Positions 39,003-47,742 of a DNA stretch of 64,000 nucleotides are shown here, piece by piece. Source of the DNA: Acidobacteriota bacterium (GTDB lineage: Bacteria; Acidobacteriota; UBA890; WLXD01); the NCBI GenBank assembly GCA_965248695.1, contig CBDFKD010000002.1:5120001-5184000 (forward strand), in the 5' to 3' direction. The notes beneath the pieces were generated by a model that worked only from the letters and a program-made list of their open reading frames with translations, had not been told where the DNA came from and made no database searches. The position numbers and the translations under genes are program-made. Each line of letters starts with the position of its first letter. Within the stretch, counting starts at the first letter, position 1.

Positions 39003-40904
39003 ATGGTGGATCGCGTCAAGGCGCGCCAGCTCGGTATGGACCGCCCGGTCACGCGGCGCGATTTCGTCAACGGCTTCGCAGTGGGCAGCGCCGGCGCATG
39101 GGCGGCGACGCGCAGCGCTCTGGCAGGGCTCGAACGGTCGGAGCTCCTGGCCGCCAGTGTCGCTAGCGATTACCCGCCCGCGCTCACCGGGCTGCGCGGC
39201 AGCCATGAGGGGTCGCTCGAGGTGGGGCATCAGCTCCGCGACGGCGCCTACGCGAGCGCGTCTGGTGCCGAGGACTCCGGCGAAGTCTACGACCTGGTGG
39301 TCGTCGGTGGCGGGCTCTCCGGGCTATCCGGGGCCCACTTCTTCTGCCAGGCGCTCGGCGACGATCAGACCGTCCTGATCCTCGACAACCACGACGACTT
39401 CGGTGGACACGCCAAGCGCAACGAGTTCACCCACGGGGGCCGGACCTGGATCGGCTACGGCGGCACTATGAGCATCGTCTCGCCGTTCCCGTACAGCTAC
39501 GCCGCCAAAGCACTGGTGCGGGATCTGGGCATCGAGGTGGAACGCGCCAGCGAGTTTGTCGACAACGATGTCTACGCCGGGCTGGGCTCGGCGACCTTTT
39601 TCGATCGCGAGACCTTCGGCGACGACAAGCTCGTGGTCGGTCGCGGGGACGGCTCCTGGGAGAGCTTCTTCGGTAATGCGCCCTTCTCGGAGCGAGCGCG
39701 CCAGGATTTGATTCGTATCCACACCGCGAATCGCGACTACATGTCCGGTCTGAGCCGCGCCGAGAAGCGTGCGCGGCTCGCCAGAACGAGCTACCAGGAC
39801 TACCTGCTCGAGGTGGCACAGGTGGCTCCGGAGGCAATCAAGTTCTTCCTCGGCCGCGGCTACCGGAACAACAAGCGGGTCGATACGCTGCCGGCGCTGG
39901 AGGCGGCCCAGGGGGGAGCCCCCGGATTCGACGGCCTCGATCTCGCGCTCGAGGCCCGCTGGGCAGGCAGCGCCGACTACCGCTTCCATTTCCCTGACGG
40001 CAACGCCACGATCGCCCGCCTGCTCATCAACCGGCTGGTTCCCGCGGCGCTGCCCGGCGATCACGACATGCAATCGGTGCTGCAAGCCCCGTTGAGCTAC
40101 GACCGCCTGGATGAGGATGGAGCCAAGGTGCGGATGCGCCTCGACAGCACCGTCGTGCGGGTGGAGCACGAAGGCGTCGCCGGAAGCGCCGACTGGGTGA
40201 GTGTTGCCTACGTGCGCGACGGCAAGCTGTCGCGGGTACGAGCCCGCAGCTGTTTGCTCGCCTGCTGGAACCACGTCGTGCCGTACCTGGTCCCCGATCT
40301 GCCGCAGGAGCAGAAGGACGCGCTCGGCTACGCCGTGAAGGTACCGATGATGTACACCAACGTGTTCATCAGGAACTGGCGAGCGTTCAAGGAGTTGGGA
40401 GTGTCCCGCCTCAGCTATCCGGCGATGTACCACAGCTCGTGCAGACTGGATTATCCGGTGTCGATGGGAGGCTATGAATGCACCCAGTCGCCGGATGACC
40501 CCATCGTGCTGCACATGGTGCGCAACCCCAACAAACCCGGACTACCGCGCAAGGACCAGCAGCGCGCCGGCATGCTCGACATGCTGATGACCTCGTTCGA
40601 GACCATCGAGCTGGAGACTCGCGACCAGCTGACGCGCGCCCTCGAGGGCGGCGGCTTCGATCCCGCCGAGGACATCCTGGCGATTACCGCCAACCGTTGG
40701 CCGCACGGCTATGCCTATACCTACGACACGCTCGCCGATCCGGACGTTCCCGCCGCCGAGCGCCCGCACGTGGTCGGCCGCAAGCCCTTCGGGAAGATCG
40801 CGATCGCCAACGCCGACGCCGGAGCGGCGGCTTATACCAACGTCGCCATTGATCAGGCGCATCGCGCCGTTCAGGAGCTCATGCTGGCTAACGGGCTGAA
40901 GTAG
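39003..40904 (+). CDS. spermidine-dehydrogenase (SpdH)-like Tat-exported flavoprotein
   Basis: TRRDFVNG leader, YPPALTGLRGSH, VVGGGLSG, DNHDDFGGHAKRNEF, HFPDGN, NRWPHGY. Confidence 0.85.
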   Translation: MVDRVKARQLGMDRPVTRRDFVNGFAVGSAGAWAATRSALAGLERSELLAASVASDYPPALTGLRGSHEGSLEVGHQLRDGAYASASGAEDSGEVYDLVVVGGGLSGLSGAHFFCQALGDDQTVLILDNHDDFGGHAKRNEFTHGGRTWIGYGGTMSIVSPFPYSYAAKALVRDLGIEVERASEFVDNDVYAGLGSATFFDRETFGDDKLVVGRGDGSWESFFGNAPFSERARQDLIRIHTANRDYMSGLSRAEKRARLARTSYQDYLLEVAQVAPEAIKFFLGRGYRNNKRVDTLPALEAAQGGAPGFDGLDLALEARWAGSADYRFHFPDGNATIARLLINRLVPAALPGDHDMQSVLQAPLSYDRLDEDGAKVRMRLDSTVVRVEHEGVAGSADWVSVAYVRDGKLSRVRARSCLLACWNHVVPYLVPDLPQEQKDALGYAVKVPMMYTNVFIRNWRAFKELGVSRLSYPAMYHSSCRLDYPVSMGGYECTQSPDDPIVLHMVRNPNKPGLPRKDQQRAGMLDMLMTSFETIELETRDQLTRALEGGGFDPAEDILAITANRWPHGYAYTYDTLADPDVPAAERPHVVGRKPFGKIAIANADAGAAAYTNVAIDQAHRAVQELMLANGLK

Positions 40905-40939
40905 ACGGAGCGAGGCTAGCCAGCCAGGGGAGGACGAAG

Positions 40940-43066
40940 ATGCGCTACATCCTTGCGTCGGGCGCGGCCACGACCCTGGTGATCCTGGCGGGCGCCTGCA
41001 CCGATGGTGGACCCGCGCCGCCGCAGCAGTCGGCGTTGCCAGAGCGTCGCGAAGCGCGCTACATAGAGCCGGTTCCCTGGGACAAGGAGCACATTACCAA
41101 GGTCATCGGTCTAGGCTATCCGGAGCTCGGCATGGAAATGGATGTCGCTCATTCCGAGATGCGGACGATCGATGGTCGGAGCTGCGTCGTGGGCAACATG
41201 ACGTCATTCGATGTCGACGACGACTACGCCTTCGATATCGACGAGCCGGTCAGGGTCACTCTGACCTACGCTCCCGGGCACACCACCGCCACCGCGTTCC
41301 AGGTAATCTGGGATCGCAACGGCGGTGACGGTCATGGCCGACAAGAGGTTCTGGTCGAGCCAGGCGCGACCTTCCGGGAGACCACGGTTACGCTGGACCG
41401 GGCGCGGCTAGCGGGGCTCGGGGCGCAGCAGACAGACTTCGCCATCGGCGTGTCCCGCGCCGCGGTGGCTCTGTGTGACGTATCGATCGAACGCAGCGGG
41501 ACCACATCGGCGGCGACGCGATTCGGCGTCGTGCGGCTCGCGGTGGAAGATGGCGCTACGGGCACCACGATGCCCGCCAGGGTAGGCATCTACGACGAGA
41601 CCGGTCGTGCGCCCCTCCCGTCCGAGAGCGCCATTCCTGTGTGGAGGTTCACCGACCAGGTAAGGCGTCACTGGTTGAACCGCCGCACCATGTGGCCCTC
41701 CGACAACCGCCAGGCGTTCTACATGAATGGCTCCTATGAGGCGCGCATACCTGTCGGAATTTACGAGCTCGCCGCAACCCACGGGGTCGAGTACCACGCG
41801 TACCATGGCGCCTTCGAGGTCAGGGAAGGGGAGACCACAGAGGTAACGGCGTCGCTGCAGCGCTACGACGATCTGCCGAGCCGCGGATGGTTCTCGGGCG
41901 AATCGCATGTCCACCTGCAACGCGATCAGGTCGAGGATCTCGACGTCTGGACGCAGATCGCTGCCGAGGACGTTCACGTTGCCAACCTAGTGGAGATGGG
42001 CAACATCGGCGGCACGTACTTCACCCAGCCGACATGGGGCACTGACGGCCGATTCGCGCGCCATGGAACCGTGCTCGTGTCCGGCCAGGAAGACCCGAGA
42101 ACCGGACATCGCGGCCACACCTTGCACTGGGATATCGAGCGCCCGACCCACGCCGAGTCGACCACGTTCTACGACTACCGCGACGTCTTCGAGCAGACCC
42201 GCGCAAACGGCGGCATCACCGGCTACGCCCACCTGGGCTCGTTGTTCAACGGCGAGCGCGGGCTCGCCCTCGACATCCCGTATGGCCTCATCGACTTCAT
42301 CGAAGTTCTACAGGGCGGCAACCTGCATACCGACCTCTGGTACGACTTCCTCAACCTCGGGTACCGAATCTTGCCGGCCGCCGGCGCCGACTACCCGTAT
42401 TTCGGCCCCACGCTTCCTGGCGTGGAGCGCACCTACGTGCAGTTGGACGGCCCGTTCAGCGCCGATGCCTGGTTCGAGGGTTTTCGCCAAGGGCGCACCT
42501 ACGTCACCAACGGACCATTTCTCGAAGCGACGGTAAACGGCCAGCCCATGGGCGCCGAGCTGCGCGTCGAGCCTGGGGCGCTGCTCAACATCGTCGCCAG
42601 CACGCGCATGAATCCCGAGATCGAACCGCTCGTGCGGCTCGAGCTAGTTGTCCTCGGTGACGTGGCGCACACGGTGCCGGTGCCCACCGGCGAGGATCAC
42701 GTGAGCCTCGAGACGACGCTGGTGGCGGATCGGAGCATGTGGCTCGCCGTGCGTGCCTACGGTGTCAACGACGAACGCTGGTACACGACGGTGGCGCACA
42801 GCGCCCCCTTCTACGTCGTGGTCGACGATCAGCCGACCTGGAAGACCGAGGCCGTTCCGGATCTCATTGACGAGCGCCTGCAACACCTGGAGGAACTGCT
42901 CGCCACGCCAATAGACCCGATCGAGGATCTCGAAGCGTTCGAGACCGGGGACCTGCTCATCGAGCAGTGGGACTTGCAGCTACCGCACCTGACGGAGCGG
43001 GTCGAGGAGACTCGAGCGCTCTACGAGGATCTACGGCAACGGCACGGGGAGATCTCGGGGCGGTAG
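40940..43066 (+). CDS. CehA/McbA-like PHP metallohydrolase (lipoprotein)
   Basis: LAGAC lipobox; GWFSGESHVH, GQE..GH, GYAH, WYDFLNLG, GADY, TYVTNGP, AHSAP. Confidence 0.8.
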   Translation: MRYILASGAATTLVILAGACTDGGPAPPQQSALPERREARYIEPVPWDKEHITKVIGLGYPELGMEMDVAHSEMRTIDGRSCVVGNMTSFDVDDDYAFDIDEPVRVTLTYAPGHTTATAFQVIWDRNGGDGHGRQEVLVEPGATFRETTVTLDRARLAGLGAQQTDFAIGVSRAAVALCDVSIERSGTTSAATRFGVVRLAVEDGATGTTMPARVGIYDETGRAPLPSESAIPVWRFTDQVRRHWLNRRTMWPSDNRQAFYMNGSYEARIPVGIYELAATHGVEYHAYHGAFEVREGETTEVTASLQRYDDLPSRGWFSGESHVHLQRDQVEDLDVWTQIAAEDVHVANLVEMGNIGGTYFTQPTWGTDGRFARHGTVLVSGQEDPRTGHRGHTLHWDIERPTHAESTTFYDYRDVFEQTRANGGITGYAHLGSLFNGERGLALDIPYGLIDFIEVLQGGNLHTDLWYDFLNLGYRILPAAGADYPYFGPTLPGVERTYVQLDGPFSADAWFEGFRQGRTYVTNGPFLEATVNGQPMGAELRVEPGALLNIVASTRMNPEIEPLVRLELVVLGDVAHTVPVPTGEDHVSLETTLVADRSMWLAVRAYGVNDERWYTTVAHSAPFYVVVDDQPTWKTEAVPDLIDERLQHLEELLATPIDPIEDLEAFETGDLLIEQWDLQLPHLTERVEETRALYEDLRQRHGEISGR

Positions 43067-43524
43067 GGCGGCGACGGTTGAGGGGCATGCACCTCGGCCA
43101 GGGACCTGCTCTGGAGCTCGACGACCGGTGTAGTCAACGGCCTGCGGCTAAGAGGTTTCTGACCGCCGTGCACGCGAGCCTGGCTACGGTGCATACCCCT
43201 CAACCGCCGCCGCCGCGATCGTCGGAGGACCCCCAGTCTGGGGGGACGGCAATGCCGCAGTCACGACGGAGTCCGCAGGCGGAGGGGCAAAGTCCTTCGG
43301 GAGGTCTCGAGTGCCCGGGGCTCGGCCTGCAGGAGCGTGCTGGACACGGTGCTTCCGGCAACAGAGGACCGCGCGGACTCGAGGCGTTGCCGGGGAGGGA
43401 GTCGACACACTCGCTTCAGCCAGCATCGCGTGCACGGCGCTCAGAACCTATCGGCTTAGACGCGCAAGCAGAAGAGCTCCCTCAACGCCAGGCAGTGACG
43501 TTGGCAGAAGTGAGTGTGTCGACT
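43067..43524. repeat. structured intergenic repeat, copy 1 (right arm interrupted by IS256, resumes at 44938)
   Basis: Inverted pairs 43076-43102/43179-43205, 43165-43177/43426-43438, 43394-43417/43507-43524+44938-44943; homologous to 50662-51074. Confidence 0.85.
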
Positions 43525-44928
43525 GAGATATAACCGGAAGTTGTGGATGGGAGGAAAAAGAAAGGCGGCGTAACCTTCGCTGGGATCATCAACAACCAGC
43601 AGCCGGCTGTGGAGGCCGGGAAGGAGACGCCACTCGTGCTCAAGATTATCGGTGGATCGGACGCGGAGGAAGGACAGCTGACACTGGACGTCGATGAGCT
43701 CGCCCGGCAGGGCGCGCTGCAGATGCTGGCAACAGCACTGGAGTGGGAGGTTCAGGAGTATATCCAGAGCCACGCCGGGCAACTGGATGAAGCCGGCCGT
43801 CGGCAAGTGGTACGCAACGGTCGGGCTCGCGCACGCAAGATCACGTTGGGGTGCGGGACGGTGCAAGTAGCCGCGCCACGGGTCAACGACAAGCGGCTCG
43901 ACGAGCAGGGACTGAGGCAGCGGTTCAGCAGTCGGATCCTGCCGCCCTACATGCGGCGCTCGCCGAAGGTGGCGGAGGTGCTGCCGGTGCTGTACCTGCG
44001 GGGCCTGTCGACGGGCGACTTCAAGGAGGCGCTGCCGATCTTACTGGGACAGGAAGCCAGCGGGCTGTCGGCATCGGCGATCTGCCGGCTGACGAACGCC
44101 TGGAGCACGGAGTACGAGGCATTCCGGAAGCTGGATCTGTCCACCAAGCAGTACGTATACGTGTGGGCGGACGGTGTGCACTTCAACATTCGACTCGAGG
44201 ATGATCGGCTGTGCACGCTGGTGATCCTGGGCGTTTTGCCGGACGGAACCAAGGAGCTCATCGCGGTCGAGGACGGGTATCGAGAGAGCACCGAGAGCTG
44301 GGCGTTCGTGCTCCGGGAGCTGAAGCGTCGAGGCATGCGGGCGCCGCTCGTGGCAGTGGGTGATGGGGCGCTGGGGTTCTGGGCGGCGGTGCGGGATGTA
44401 TGGCCCCAGACTCGAGAGCAACGATGCTGGGTGCATCGGCTTGGCAACGTGCTCGACAAGCTACCGAGGCGGCTGCAGGCCAAAGCCAAGCGCGCGCTGC
44501 ACGAGATCATCGGTGCGCCAACGCGCGAGGATGCTCAGGAGGGCATGGCGCGGTTCGCAGCCGACTACGGCGCCAAGTACTCCAAGGCCGTGGCGTCGTT
44601 GCAACGCGACTCCGACAAGCTGCTGACGTTCTACGACTTCCCCGCCGACCACTGGGTTCATCTGCGCACGGCCAACCCGATCGAGTCGGCGTTCGCCACC
44701 GTACGCCTGAGACAACGCGTCACCAAGGGCGCCGGCTCACGCACCAAGGCGCTGACGATGGCATTCAAGCTCCTGGAGATGGCACAGCAACGATGGCGCC
44801 GCATCAACGCTCCTCACCTCACTGCCCTCGTACTCGAGGGCGCCACATTCGTCGATGGAGTTCACCTGATCGCTAGCGAAGACGCCGCCTGAACAAATCC
44901 ACCGATCCACAACATTTGCAAATAACTC
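43525..44928 (+). mobile_element. IS256 family element, 1404 bp, 9-bp TSD GTGTCGACT
   Basis: IRL GAGATATAACCGGAAGTTGTGGATGGG, IRR (reverse complement) GAGTTATTTGCAAATGTTGTGGATCGG; TSD at 43516-43524 and 44929-44937. Confidence 0.95.
43627..44892 (+). CDS. IS256 transposase
   Basis: VVRNG, LYLRGLSTGD, YVWADGVH, RESTESW, GDGALGFW, QRCWVH, LRTANPIES; start uncertain (ORF open from 43543). Confidence 0.92.
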   Translation, partial: TPLVLKIIGGSDAEEGQLTLDVDELARQGALQMLATALEWEVQEYIQSHAGQLDEAGRRQVVRNGRARARKITLGCGTVQVAAPRVNDKRLDEQGLRQRFSSRILPPYMRRSPKVAEVLPVLYLRGLSTGDFKEALPILLGQEASGLSASAICRLTNAWSTEYEAFRKLDLSTKQYVYVWADGVHFNIRLEDDRLCTLVILGVLPDGTKELIAVEDGYRESTESWAFVLRELKRRGMRAPLVAVGDGALGFWAAVRDVWPQTREQRCWVHRLGNVLDKLPRRLQAKAKRALHEIIGAPTREDAQEGMARFAADYGAKYSKAVASLQRDSDKLLTFYDFPADHWVHLRTANPIESAFATVRLRQRVTKGAGSRTKALTMAFKLLEMAQQRWRRINAPHLTALVLEGATFVDGVHLIASEDAA

Positions 44929-44956
44929 GTGTCGACTCCCTCCGCTCACCGACCCC

Positions 44957-46951
44957 TCAGGTCCGCTCCGCCCACGGATACTGGAACTCCGGCCTGATCA
45001 CGTCACCGATGAGGTCCTGAACGGCGCGATGCGCTTGATCCATCGCCGCATGCGTCAGGCTGGTGGCAGCGGCATCCGAGTTGGCCACGGCAATGCGACC
45101 AAATCGCTTCCGGCCGACCACCCAGGGGACCTCGTCGTAGCCCCATTCCGGGTCGTAGAGATCGTTGGCGCCGCCGGCATAGCCATGAGGCCATCGGTTG
45201 ACGGTGATCGCGCTGATCTCCTCGGCGGGGTCGAAGCCGCCGCCTGCGAGGGCGCGCCCAAGCTCGTCGCGGATGCGGTACTCGAAGTAATCGAACGATG
45301 TGGCGAGCAGCTCCTCGCGGCCGGCCCGGAACTGTTCCCTGGCAGAGAGACCAGGCTTGTGCGCGGGCATGCGCTGCAAGTGAAGCGGCTGAGGATCATC
45401 GGGGGTCCGGGCGCAGGTGTAGTCGCCGAGACTCCGATTCATGTCCAGCATCGCCGACCCGTGGTAGCAGCCGGGACCGTAGAAGCTGTTGATCCCGAGT
45501 GCCTCAAACGCCCTCCAGTTGCGCACCACGACGTTCGTGTAGACGAGCGGCTGGCGCACGGCCATCTTCAGCGCCGCCTTCTGCTCGTCGGGAAAGTCGG
45601 GACAGAGGTAGGGGATCATGGAGTTGTAGCAGGCCATGACGCAGGTGGCGCCGCGGGCCCGGTAGGCCTTGCCGTCACGCACGTAGGTGACCTCGACCTC
45701 GCTGGCAGTGCGGCGCTCGCCGACGTGGCGGACGTTGACCACGGTGCTGTTGAGGCGGACGCGCGCGGCGCTGCCGTCTTCATCGATGGCGGCGTAGTCG
45801 ACCGGCGTCGCCACCGAGTCTTCCATCGTCGTTCCCGGGAGAGCCTTCGGAATCAGCCATCTGACGATCAGTCGAGCGATCGCGGCATTGCCGTCGGGGA
45901 AGTGCACTCCCTCGCCGAAGTCGTTACCCTCGCCAAGCCAGCTCTCGGGCGGTCGCTCGAGACGCAGGCCGTCGAAGCCGGGCAGGGAGCCGGTGCGAAA
46001 CGCTCCCCAGGCGCTATAGGAGTCGATCCTGGCCGCACCGTTGGAGCCGCCTTCAGCACGGCGCATGAAGAAGGGCATGACACCGGGATCGGCTTTGACG
46101 ATCTTCAGAAGATAATCCTGGTAGCTCATCTTCCGCAGACGCGAGACCTTCTCATCGGAGGTCAATCCGGTTAGATAGTCGGTGTTGTCGTCGTAGGCGC
46201 GGGCGATATCGTGTTTGACGACATCAGTTAGCGGCGCATCGGCCAGGAACTGCGTCCATGTGAGCGTGCTACGAACCGAGCCCCAGCCGGCGGGATCTCC
46301 CACCGACAGGTGGTCGGCGCCGAACGTTTCCTGATCAAAGAAGACACCGGCCTGTAGGCCCATCTCGCGGTAAATGCTGCGATCGGCCGCCGTCGTCCGC
46401 AGGAAGCGTTGCTTGTCGATCCCGATGTCCTCCAGCAGCGCCTTTGCCTCGTGCGGGTAGCTGTTAGCGCCGTGGATCATCATCGTGCCGCCGTAGCCGA
46501 TGACCAGCTTGCCATCGACCTCGAACTCGTTGCGCTTGGCGTGCCCGCCGAAGTCATCGTGATTGTCGAGAATCAGAATTCGCGCCTCCGGCAACGCCTT
46601 GCGGAAGAAGTACGCCGCCGACAACCCGCTCAGCCCACCACCGACGACGATGAGGTCGTAGCTCTCGCCGGTGTCCTCGGCGTTGTCCCAGGTCTTCCCA
46701 TAGCGCATCTCGTGCGCTACTTCGTAGGAGCCCTCGTGACTGCCCCGCATGCCGGTGAGCCGCGGCGGGTAGTACTCGCCCGGCTGCGCTGCGGAAACGC
46801 CTGACCCGTTTGTCGAGCCCTTCGAGCCTGCGGGAGCCCCCGGCCTCCCGGCACCGACCAGGCCGCCGCCAATTGCGACGCTGGCCCCGTTGAGAAAATC
46901 CCGGCGGCTGATGTCACGGTCCATCCCGAGCTCTCGGTCAGTCTTGGTCAC
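44957..46951 (-). CDS. SpdH-like Tat-exported flavoprotein (paralog 2)
   Basis: SRRDFLNG leader, YYPPRLTGMRGSH, VGGGLSG, DNHDDFGGHAKRNEF, HFPDGN, NRWPHGY. Confidence 0.85.
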   Translation of the reverse strand: MTKTDRELGMDRDISRRDFLNGASVAIGGGLVGAGRPGAPAGSKGSTNGSGVSAAQPGEYYPPRLTGMRGSHEGSYEVAHEMRYGKTWDNAEDTGESYDLIVVGGGLSGLSAAYFFRKALPEARILILDNHDDFGGHAKRNEFEVDGKLVIGYGGTMMIHGANSYPHEAKALLEDIGIDKQRFLRTTAADRSIYREMGLQAGVFFDQETFGADHLSVGDPAGWGSVRSTLTWTQFLADAPLTDVVKHDIARAYDDNTDYLTGLTSDEKVSRLRKMSYQDYLLKIVKADPGVMPFFMRRAEGGSNGAARIDSYSAWGAFRTGSLPGFDGLRLERPPESWLGEGNDFGEGVHFPDGNAAIARLIVRWLIPKALPGTTMEDSVATPVDYAAIDEDGSAARVRLNSTVVNVRHVGERRTASEVEVTYVRDGKAYRARGATCVMACYNSMIPYLCPDFPDEQKAALKMAVRQPLVYTNVVVRNWRAFEALGINSFYGPGCYHGSAMLDMNRSLGDYTCARTPDDPQPLHLQRMPAHKPGLSAREQFRAGREELLATSFDYFEYRIRDELGRALAGGGFDPAEEISAITVNRWPHGYAGGANDLYDPEWGYDEVPWVVGRKRFGRIAVANSDAAATSLTHAAMDQAHRAVQDLIGDVIRPEFQYPWAERT

Positions 46952-47043
46952 GGCATCCTCGGTCCGAGAAGTAAAATCGTGCGCTAGCGTTACAGAGACC
47001 TTACGTCAGCGCCAGAGGCGGCGATTGCGAGCGCCATATAGCA

Positions 47044-47742
47044 ATGAATGAAGTCATCGGTGCTGTTCATGAATTCCATGACGAAGAGTTCGCTGCAGGA
47101 TGGGCTGACCGCTTCGTGCCGACACTCGAACGCCTGGAGTTGTTCGATGTCATGCTCGCCGAGCTGACGTCACGTGTGCCGCCGAGTGGCTGCGTGGTCG
47201 AGCTTGGAATTGGTCCAGGGTACTTGGCAGATCATCTGCTGAGAGCGATGTCCTCGGTTCGCTACTATGGCATCGATTCGTCCGATCCGATGCTCGTCAT
47301 CGCGCGGCAAAGGCTCGGGTCGCACTCAGCCCGAGTCACCTACATACAGGCTGATCTCCTAGCGGCCCATTGGTGGAGGGACATCCGCACCCCGGTCGAT
47401 GCCATCGTTTCAACCTGGGCGTTGCACGATCTGGGCTGCCAGGAGAGCGTCGAGGCAGTCTACGCTCGCTGCGCTCGCATGCTCCAGGATGGGGGGATTC
47501 TGCTGAACGGAGACTTCATCAAGCCTGACAAGACCATGTACGAATATGAACCGGGTAGATTCGAGATAGCGCGACATCTCGCGATTCTGCGCCGTGTCGG
47601 GTTCACCAAGGCAGACTGCTTGGTCGTGCTCGAAGAGGAAACCGAATCGCCTACGGCGGCGCAGAACTACGCGTGCTTCAGGGCGGTAGTAGCCCGGACA
47701 CATCAGAGCCCGGAGCCCGGCAGACGGAAAGGCTGCATATGA
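47044..47742 (+). CDS. class I SAM-dependent methyltransferase
   Basis: VVELGIGPG, GIDSS, QADL, DAIVSTWALH, GGILLNGD. Confidence 0.85.
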   Translation: MNEVIGAVHEFHDEEFAAGWADRFVPTLERLELFDVMLAELTSRVPPSGCVVELGIGPGYLADHLLRAMSSVRYYGIDSSDPMLVIARQRLGSHSARVTYIQADLLAAHWWRDIRTPVDAIVSTWALHDLGCQESVEAVYARCARMLQDGGILLNGDFIKPDKTMYEYEPGRFEIARHLAILRRVGFTKADCLVVLEEETESPTAAQNYACFRAVVARTHQSPEPGRRKGCI

